The notes below the pieces were generated by a model, which had not been told where the DNA came from, did no database searches, and worked only from the letters and a program-made list of their open reading frames with translations. 64,000 nt of DNA from Cenarchaeum sp. (GTDB taxonomy: Archaea; Thermoproteota; Nitrososphaeria; Nitrososphaerales; Nitrosopumilaceae), in the NCBI GenBank assembly GCA_965212015.1, contig OZ243037.1:128001-192000 (forward strand), in the 5' to 3' direction. Shown here in pieces: positions 47,992-55,301 of the stretch. The stretch's first letter is position 1. Each line of letters starts with the position of its first letter. Both the position numbers and the translations under genes were made by a program.

Positions 47992-48160
47992 GTCTGATTC
48001 ACGCGCAAAAAGCGCCGACTATTCCACGTCATAGGCCACACTGTGTGGCCGTTTTTGGCTTATAATTGTTGAGAAAAACACGGCCCAAACGCGCCGCAAA
48101 GCTTTGATTTGCACAAAATTGCCTGGAAATATTAAATTCGGGTGCGGTTTTAGGGCATCC

Positions 48161-50416
48161 ATGGCAAAAACGGCGGCGGGTCTGGTTTCTGACGCATACG
48201 AGAGGCTTGGCAGAAACGTCGCGCATTACAGGGGGACGCTTGGCAGGCCCATGACGCTTACAGAAAAGATTCTTTTCGGACACGCAGTCGAGACCGGAAC
48301 AAACCCCGCCGAGGGCAGGGACTATGTCTATCTTCGTCCCGACAGGGTCGCACTGCAGGACGTCACGGGGCAGATGGTGATGCTGCAGTTCATGTCGACT
48401 GGGCTAAGGCAGACCAGCCTTCCCACCACCATACACTGTGACCACCTCATTCGCGCAAAGCTCGAAGGCGAGGCAGACATGCGCGAGTCGCTGGGAGAAA
48501 ACAGCGAGGTGTTCCGCTTTTTAGAATCGTCTGCAGGAAAATACGGGTGCGGATTCTGGAGGCCGGGGGCCGGAATAATCCACCAGGTGGTGCTTGAAAA
48601 CTATGCGTTTCCCGGCGGGCTGATGATAGGCACCGACTCGCACACCCCAAACGCAGGCGGGCTGGGAATGATCGCAATCGGAGTCGGCGGAGTAGATGCC
48701 GCAGAGACCATGGCAGGAATGCCATGGGAGATCCTGTATCCCAGGCGGATAGGCGTGCGCCTTGTCGGCAGGCTGAACGGCTGGAGCGCCCCCAAGGACA
48801 TAATCCTAAAGGTCGCCTCGGAGCTTACCGTGTCTGGCGGAACCAACGCGGTGCTGGAATATTTCGGCCCCGGCACAGAGTCGATTAGCTGCACCGGAAA
48901 GGCGACCATAACTAACATGGGCGCAGAGATAGGGGCCACCTGCTCGATATTTCCGTACGACAAAAGGATGGAAAAATACCTGCGCTTTACCCGGCGCAAA
49001 GAGATTGCGGATCTTGCAAACAAGAACCGGGACCTGCTTGTTGCAGACCCACAGGTCTGCCAAGAGCCCGAAAAGTATTTCGAGCGGGTAATCGAGATCG
49101 ACCTGTCCTCCCTAGAGCCGCACGTGGTGGGGCCGCACACGCCGGATCTGGCGCGCCCCGTATCGAGGCTGGCCTCCGACACAAGGGAGAACCGCTATAT
49201 CGACGAGATCTCAGTGGCGCTGGTGGGAAGCTGCACCAACTCATCGTACGAGGACATGTCCCGGGCTGCAGGAATCGCCATGCAGGCAAGGGCAAGGGGG
49301 GTCCGGGCAAAGATTCCGCTGCTAGTGACGCCAGGCTCCGAGCAGATACGGGCAACAATAGAGCGCGACGGACAGATGCAGTCCCTCAAGGACATCGGGG
49401 CCACGGTGCTTGCCAACGCGTGCGGGCCGTGCATAGGGCAGTGGAGCAGGCCTGAGCTAAAAAAGGGCGAGCCCAACACCATACTTACCACGTTTAACAG
49501 GAACTTTCCTGGCAGAAACGACGGAAGCCGCCAGACCATGAACTTTATCGCAAGCCCGGAGCTGGTGGTGGCCATGGCGCTAAGCGGAAGCCTTTCGTTC
49601 AACCCGCTTACCGACTCGCTGATGGCAAAGGACGGAACAAAGTTTGGCCTAAAGGCGCCAGGTGCTGCGCCGGAGGTTCCAGACGGGGGCTTTGAGGTGG
49701 CGCAAGACGCGTATGTCGCCCCGTCCGAAAATCCGGACTCTATCTCTGTGGAAATCGGCAGTACCAGCAGGCGCCTTCAGAAACTGGAGCCGTTTGCGGC
49801 ATGGGACGGCCGGGATTTTGAAAAGCTTCCGGTGCTCATAAAGGTCAGCGGCAAGTGCACCACCGACCACATATCGCCTGCCGGTGCGTGGCTCTCCTTT
49901 CGGGGCCACCTCGATAACCTGAGTGACAACATGCTGCTGGGTGCAGTCAATGCATTTGGCGGGGAGGTGGGCCGGGCAGAAAACACCCTGACGGGCCGGC
50001 CCGAGCCGCTGCCGCAGATTGCGCGCAGCTATAAGGAGAAAAACATGCGCTGGATCATAATAGGCGACTCTAACTATGGGGAGGGAAGCAGCAGGGAGCA
50101 CGCGGCAATGTCGCCGAGGTTCCTCGGGTGCGCCGCCGTAATTGCAAAAAGTTTTGCAAGAATCCACGAGACCAACCTCAAAAAGCAGGGCATACTGGCG
50201 CTTGCATTCTCCAATCCGGAGGACTATGAAAAAATCCAAAAGGGCGACAGGCTGAGCCTGGCGGGGCTGGATGGCATGTCGCCGGGTGGCGCGGTAAGGT
50301 GTGTGATACATCACGGCGATTCAGAAGAGGAGATTTCACTTGTGCACTCGTACAACAAGTTTCAGATCGAGTGGTTCCGCAGCGGATCGGCGCTGAACGT
50401 ACTGGGGAAGAAATAG
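48161..50416 (+). CDS. aconitate hydratase (mitochondrial-type)
   Basis: Motifs DRVALQD, IHCDHLI, GTDSHT, GSCTNSS, ACGPCIG, TTDHISPAG and GSSREHA. Confidence 0.95.
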   Translation: MAKTAAGLVSDAYERLGRNVAHYRGTLGRPMTLTEKILFGHAVETGTNPAEGRDYVYLRPDRVALQDVTGQMVMLQFMSTGLRQTSLPTTIHCDHLIRAKLEGEADMRESLGENSEVFRFLESSAGKYGCGFWRPGAGIIHQVVLENYAFPGGLMIGTDSHTPNAGGLGMIAIGVGGVDAAETMAGMPWEILYPRRIGVRLVGRLNGWSAPKDIILKVASELTVSGGTNAVLEYFGPGTESISCTGKATITNMGAEIGATCSIFPYDKRMEKYLRFTRRKEIADLANKNRDLLVADPQVCQEPEKYFERVIEIDLSSLEPHVVGPHTPDLARPVSRLASDTRENRYIDEISVALVGSCTNSSYEDMSRAAGIAMQARARGVRAKIPLLVTPGSEQIRATIERDGQMQSLKDIGATVLANACGPCIGQWSRPELKKGEPNTILTTFNRNFPGRNDGSRQTMNFIASPELVVAMALSGSLSFNPLTDSLMAKDGTKFGLKAPGAAPEVPDGGFEVAQDAYVAPSENPDSISVEIGSTSRRLQKLEPFAAWDGRDFEKLPVLIKVSGKCTTDHISPAGAWLSFRGHLDNLSDNMLLGAVNAFGGEVGRAENTLTGRPEPLPQIARSYKEKNMRWIIIGDSNYGEGSSREHAAMSPRFLGCAAVIAKSFARIHETNLKKQGILALAFSNPEDYEKIQKGDRLSLAGLDGMSPGGAVRCVIHHGDSEEEISLVHSYNKFQIEWFRSGSALNVLGKK

Positions 50417-50434
50417 GGCGGATTTTGGGTTACG

Positions 50435-50580
50435 TGGGGCCGACCGGAATTGAACCGGCGACCTACGGGTCACTGCAGCTCCAAACTTACATCATCTTTA
50501 CATCAGTTAGCTTAGCTTGACCTCTGGAGCCCTTAGCGGTGATTGCGCACTGTCGCCCTACCAGGCTAGGCTACGACCCC
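50435..50580 (-). tRNA. tRNA-Trp (CCA) with two introns
   Basis: Removing 50533-50551 (19 nt, position about 28/29) and 50471-50523 (53 nt, position 37/38) gives a 74-nt cloverleaf. The anticodon arm is ACGGG-CTCCAGA-CCCGT. Confidence 0.88.
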
Positions 50581-50664
50581 ACGAATATGCCTGCAAGACA
50601 CCGGAATTTTAAGCTATTTTTATCAAGATTTATTGCCCGTCGGCCCGCCTTTAACGGGACGGCC

Positions 50665-51189
50665 ATGGTAAAAGCGACTCATCTTGCACTTGGGGCCATT
50701 CCTGCGGCGCTGGCAGCCGTCATTGCCGTGCTGCTGCTGACTCAGACTGGCACCGTTCATACGGCAGTAAACCCCGGAGACGAGATCGACATAGAGTATA
50801 CGAGGCACCACATAATGGCGCCGCAGGGCGGGGGCGCGCCGGGCGTGCAAAAGACCGAAATCCTGCTGATTCGTAATGACGGCACGCTGACATACAGGGT
50901 CGCCGGCGGCGAAACTATCCATCCCGACGTTCACGGCAGCATTAATGCGTCTGCCATAAAAAAGCTCACCGCGCTCATAAAGGAGACCGGGTTTATCACC
51001 ATCCCGCCAGAGTCGTTTCCGGTCCTTGACATAGACGAGTACCAGAAATCGACCATAACTGTCACACTCAACGGCGAGAGAAACCAGATACACTGGCCGG
51101 AGCAAAACGCCACAGAAAAATTCGTCGCCCCGATAGTCACGATGGTGCAAGACGAGCTGGACATGATCATACTTGAGCTGGGTGAATAG
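50665..51189 (+). CDS. membrane-anchored hypothetical protein
   Basis: N-terminal TM helix and a beta-rich body. Start at ATG 50665. Confidence 0.7.
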   Translation: MVKATHLALGAIPAALAAVIAVLLLTQTGTVHTAVNPGDEIDIEYTRHHIMAPQGGGAPGVQKTEILLIRNDGTLTYRVAGGETIHPDVHGSINASAIKKLTALIKETGFITIPPESFPVLDIDEYQKSTITVTLNGERNQIHWPEQNATEKFVAPIVTMVQDELDMIILELGE

Positions 51190-51201
51190 ATACAAATAGC
51201 G

Positions 51202-52188
51202 ATGGCGGCAATCCACCCCATGATCCCCCTGTCTGGAAGCGCAAGCAACGCAAAAGGGATTGTCGCCGAAAATTCCGAGTCCGGCCCGGTAACGCGCGGA
51301 ACTGCCACCTTAAAGCGCGGCTTTGCCCACATGCTGAAAAACGGGGTGGTGATGGACGTAACAACTGTAGAGCAGGCGCAGATTGCAGAAGAGGCCGGCG
51401 CCGTGTCCGTGATGGTGCTCGACAAGCTTCCCTCCGAGGTCCGCAAGGCCGGCGGTGTTGCCAGGACTGCAAGCATCAGGGTGATTCAGGAGATTATGGA
51501 CTCTGTTACGATTCCGGTAATGGCAAAGTGCCGCATAGGACACGTCTATGAGGCAGAGGTCCTGCAAGAGACGGACGTCGACATGATAGACGAGTCCGAG
51601 GTGCTCACGCCGGCAGACGAGCTGCGCCACATATGGAAGTGGGACTTTACCGCCCCGTTTGTCAACGGCGCGCGCTCCCTTGCAGAGGCGCTCCGGAGAG
51701 TCGAGGAGGGCGCCTCGATGATAAGGACAAAGGGCGAGCCGGGGACGGGAAACGTGGCCGAGGCAATAACGCACATCAAAAAGGTAAACGAGGAGATGAG
51801 GACGATAAAATCAATTTATGACTCTGGATCAGAGCAGGACCTGATCCGGGCGGCCAGGGAGTTTCGCGTGTCATACGACCTGCTAGAGCAGACAGCCAAG
51901 CTTGGACGGCTCCCCGTTGTCAATTTTGCGGCAGGCGGAATCGCAACGCCGGCTGATGCGGCGTACCTGATGTCGCTGGGGTGCGACGGAATATTCGTCG
52001 GCTCTGGGATATTTGACGCCTCTGACGCAAAGGAGAGGGCGCGCGCAACGGTGCTTGCCACCACGTTTTGGAGCGAGCCTGACAAGGTAATGGAGGCCCA
52101 AAAAATGATAGACGAGAGGCACTCGATGCCCGGCCTGGATGCAGACGCGCTGGAGCTTCGGATGCAGGAGCGCGGGGGCGCGGCATGA
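51202..52188 (+). CDS. pdxS: pyridoxal 5'-phosphate synthase lyase subunit
   Basis: Motifs [30 protein letters not shown] and [13 protein letters not shown]. Confidence 0.96.
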   Translation: MAAIHPMIPLSGSASNAKGIVAENSESGPVTRGTATLKRGFAHMLKNGVVMDVTTVEQAQIAEEAGAVSVMVLDKLPSEVRKAGGVARTASIRVIQEIMDSVTIPVMAKCRIGHVYEAEVLQETDVDMIDESEVLTPADELRHIWKWDFTAPFVNGARSLAEALRRVEEGASMIRTKGEPGTGNVAEAITHIKKVNEEMRTIKSIYDSGSEQDLIRAAREFRVSYDLLEQTAKLGRLPVVNFAAGGIATPADAAYLMSLGCDGIFVGSGIFDASDAKERARATVLATTFWSEPDKVMEAQKMIDERHSMPGLDADALELRMQERGGAA

Positions 52189-52790
52189 GCCTGCAGATAG
52201 GCGTGCTGTCCGTGCAGGGTGACGTGGCAGAAAACATGATAATGATGCAGGGCGCGCTAGAGGCGGCTGGCCGGCCAGGCGGGGTGGCAGCAGTAAGGAC
52301 GCCATCTGAGATTGACGGCATAGACGGGCTGATAATCCCCGGCGGGGAGAGCACGATGATCGGGCAGATGTCCCTGGTCAACGGGGCGCTCAAAAAAATC
52401 AGGGAAAAGGCGCAGGCCGGAATGCCGGTGCTTGGAATATGCGCAGGCCTAGTACTGCTATCAAAGCGCACGCGCGACAAGACGGTGGGGCAGACAGATC
52501 AGCCCCTGCTGGACCTGCTTGACGTGCAGGTGGAGCGAAACTCGTTTGGACGGCAAATAGAGTCCTTTGAGGCAGGCCTGTCCCTGGAACCGCTGGGAAT
52601 ACCGCACTTTGAGGGCGTCTTTATTCGCGCGCCGTCGATATCGGACATTGGCCCCGGAGTCCAGACCGTGTCAGAGTTTGACGGCAAAATCGTGGCAGTA
52701 AGGCAGGCAGGCATTGTAGGAGTCGCGTTTCACCCAGAGCTGACAGGTGACCATTCGATACACGGGCATTTTCTTGGCATGATAAAGTGA
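52185..52790 (+). CDS. pdxT: pyridoxal 5'-phosphate synthase glutaminase subunit
   Basis: Motifs PGGEST, GICAG, RNSFGRQ, FIRAP and FHPEL. Confidence 0.96.
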   Translation: MSLQIGVLSVQGDVAENMIMMQGALEAAGRPGGVAAVRTPSEIDGIDGLIIPGGESTMIGQMSLVNGALKKIREKAQAGMPVLGICAGLVLLSKRTRDKTVGQTDQPLLDLLDVQVERNSFGRQIESFEAGLSLEPLGIPHFEGVFIRAPSISDIGPGVQTVSEFDGKIVAVRQAGIVGVAFHPELTGDHSIHGHFLGMIK

Positions 52791-52799
52791 CTGTAAACG

Positions 52800-53459
52800 C
52801 TACTGGCCGACTAGCGACTTTACCGCCGATTCCAGACCGGCGTTTTGGCCAAACGAGACGTCCCTTAGGATTCCCTCCCTGTCCACCAGGATGCTAGACG
52901 GCGTTCCGTTCAGCGCGTACGTCTCAAAGGTCCTCGCCGAATATTCTTTTGACATCATGTGATCCCTCACCCTCCGGATTATCTGGTCCCTGTACTCCTT
53001 GTTCTTTGAGTCAAAGTCGGGAATCTGCGGATAAATGACGTCCATTATCGCAGACTGGCTTGGCTCCCCTGTGGTCCTTACCAGCGCGTCCATTCCGAGC
53101 GGAAACGGAATTTTATAGCCGAGCTTGTCCCCGTCGAGCTTTCCGTACTGGCCAAGCGACTGTAGCGTCTCGCCTATAACTTGGCCTGTCTCTGCCAGCA
53201 TTTTCAGGTTCTCCAGCGTGTTTTTGTCAAAATCCTCAAACGCCGTGGCCACGCCGATCACCCTTACCCCGTCGTCTTTGTACCTGTTATAGATCTCAAT
53301 TGCCTGCGGAATCCCGTACATAAAACACCCCGGGCAGTTTACCTGAAAGACCTCGACTAGAACTATGTGATCCTTTTCCTCGTCCAGATTGGTCGGCATT
53401 CCCTGCACCCATTCTGATATGCTCAGATTGGGCGCCTTTTGGCCGATTGCCGCCGTCAT
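52800..53459 (-). CDS. redoxin (TlpA/AhpC-TSA-like thioredoxin fold)
   Basis: FQVNCPGC and GTPSSILVD.EG. Start at ATG 53459. Confidence 0.85.
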   Translation of the reverse strand: MTAAIGQKAPNLSISEWVQGMPTNLDEEKDHIVLVEVFQVNCPGCFMYGIPQAIEIYNRYKDDGVRVIGVATAFEDFDKNTLENLKMLAETGQVIGETLQSLGQYGKLDGDKLGYKIPFPLGMDALVRTTGEPSQSAIMDVIYPQIPDFDSKNKEYRDQIIRRVRDHMMSKEYSARTFETYALNGTPSSILVDREGILRDVSFGQNAGLESAVKSLVGQ

Positions 53460-53541
53460 GCCACTCTTGCCGGATTTTGTATTAAAAAGATAGCTCTGGG
53501 ACAGACTAGGGATAATATATGAGGCGGTAAACCAAAAACCG

Positions 53542-54039
53542 TTGGATCTGCGGCAGGTTGTAACACAGAGGCGCCTCGATACGCTCTCGGAGATGGAGGC
53601 CATGTACGAGCGGGGGGATACGGATTATTTTGTCGGCCTGCTGGGGCACGACGACTATGTAATCAGGACGCGCGCCACGTGCATACTGGTGGATTTTGGG
53701 GGCGAGGACAAGGTGGCACACATTGCGCGCGTGCTAAAAAACGATCCAAGCGAGCTTGTCAGGCACGAGGCGGCGTTCTCGCTGGGGCAGATGTGCTATT
53801 CGAGCTGCGTGCGGCACCTTGAGGAGGCAACGCTGAATGATTCCAGCATGTTTGTCAGGCACGAGGCTGCAATAGCACTCGGCGTGGTGGGAAACGCAGG
53901 CGCAAAGGCGGCGCTAGTCAGGGCGCTAGACGACGCAGAAAAGCCCGTCGTAGAGTCTGCCATAGTGGCGCTATCCAACATTCGGTTCATGGAGACGCTT
54001 GGCAAAAACAAGAAATTCGCAAAGCTGACAGGCGGCTAG
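53542..54039 (+). CDS. HEAT/PBS-lyase repeat protein resembling one half of deoxyhypusine hydroxylase
   Basis: VRHEAAFSLGQM and VRHEAAIALG repeats. Confidence 0.8.
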   Translation: MDLRQVVTQRRLDTLSEMEAMYERGDTDYFVGLLGHDDYVIRTRATCILVDFGGEDKVAHIARVLKNDPSELVRHEAAFSLGQMCYSSCVRHLEEATLNDSSMFVRHEAAIALGVVGNAGAKAALVRALDDAEKPVVESAIVALSNIRFMETLGKNKKFAKLTGG

Positions 54040-54272
54040 GCTTGGAGACGTGCAGCCATCTGCCTGTGCAGGATTCGATCATGTGGCAAGGTGCCAGATG
54101 AGGGACCTATCGGCCCGGATCAGACGGACAGTCTTGCCCCGTATGTTCAAAAGGTGATACGCGAATAGCTGGCAAAGGCAAGTGCAACAGGTGCAGCCGT
54201 ATCGGCGGGGAAACCATTACAAGATAATCCCGCCCTGGGAAAAGACAGCAGAGACGTTTGACATAAAATGAG

Positions 54273-54818
54273 CTAGCGCAGCCCCGCAATCTTTTCTGCC
54301 TGCCTGTCGGTAAGCCTGCCTGCATCCTCAAAGTCGAGCTCGGACAATCTGGAGGCCAGATACTCGCCGGAATGATCGTATTTCTCATCGTCTGCAAGCA
54401 CCCGCGATATGAGCTCATCCTTGTCGCCGGAATGATACGTCGGCATGGTGAGTGCAACCACGTGGCACGGGCCGTCTGCGTTGGTGCAGTGGTTCTCTAT
54501 GCCGGAATGCGTGCTGTTGTCCGGACGTATCGCGCACAGGCGAACCCCGTCGGCGGACTCGTACGGGCATTCGTTGAGCAAAAACAGCATGTCGGGGGCC
54601 GCATGGTGCTCTGTCCTTACATCCTCTGCAAGCATGATTCCAAATATTCCGAGCCTTATGTCCGTAGAGTATTCGTGCCTTGATGCGAATTTACAGTCGT
54701 ACTGCAGGTCGCATCCTTCCCTGTCGGGAACCCCCACGCCGATAATTCCCAGATCCTCTGTAAGAATATCGGGGTACAGCAGGACCACTGCGGGTATCAG
54801 CAGCAAAAGCCGGATCAA
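54273..54818 (-). CDS. 6-Cys membrane/secreted hypothetical protein (paralog A)
   Basis: Hydrophobic N-terminus and motifs shared with 54815-55249. The TTG start overlaps the upstream stop. Confidence 0.72.
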   Translation of the reverse strand: MIRLLLLIPAVVLLYPDILTEDLGIIGVGVPDREGCDLQYDCKFASRHEYSTDIRLGIFGIMLAEDVRTEHHAAPDMLFLLNECPYESADGVRLCAIRPDNSTHSGIENHCTNADGPCHVVALTMPTYHSGDKDELISRVLADDEKYDHSGEYLASRLSELDFEDAGRLTDRQAEKIAGLR

Positions 54819-55249
54819 CTGTAACGCTCCAGTCCCGTGTTGTACGTGGGCTCAAGGAAGGGCGCAAAAAAACACGGGCCGTAGAATCTGGTGCAAAAGT
54901 TCAGATCCTTCAACGTAAACGTGACATAGTTTGCGCCATACTTGTAGCATATTAGCTCGTGGCGCTTTGCGGCAGACTTGTAGGGGCATTCGTCAAGTAC
55001 GATAATTGCAGTGGATGATACTCCGGACTCGTTCTTTTCAAATTCCTCGAAAACCGGAATGGCAAATATTCCAAGCCTGATCTCCGTTGCCGATGCCGTA
55101 TAGGAGCGGAGCCAGCATACCTCCGACTGCATGGGCGTAGCATCGCATCCCCTCTCGTTGGTAACACTGCCTATGAAAACATCGGAATCCGTCGTAAACG
55201 TGTGGGGATAAAGCAGCACTATTGAGATAGGAAGCAGAATCAGGATCAT
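54815..55249 (-). CDS. 6-Cys membrane/secreted hypothetical protein (paralog B)
   Basis: VLLYP, GCD, IRLGIF, ECPY.SA, CT...GPC and PTY..G are shared with paralog A. Start is ATG 55249 or TTG 55297. Confidence 0.72.
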   Translation of the reverse strand: MILILLPISIVLLYPHTFTTDSDVFIGSVTNERGCDATPMQSEVCWLRSYTASATEIRLGIFAIPVFEEFEKNESGVSSTAIIVLDECPYKSAAKRHELICYKYGANYVTFTLKDLNFCTRFYGPCFFAPFLEPTYNTGLERYS

Positions 55250-55301
55250 CTTTTTTCCAATGTGGGGATGCGGCGTATTTTGCGTGCGTACGGCCAATTA
55301 A

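Noticed and set aside
54099-54101. In-frame TGA read as selenocysteine, given the SelB-like gene in the window
   Set aside because: The TGA is not at a Cys-motif position, no SECIS is evident, and aSelBL is not the Sec-specific factor.
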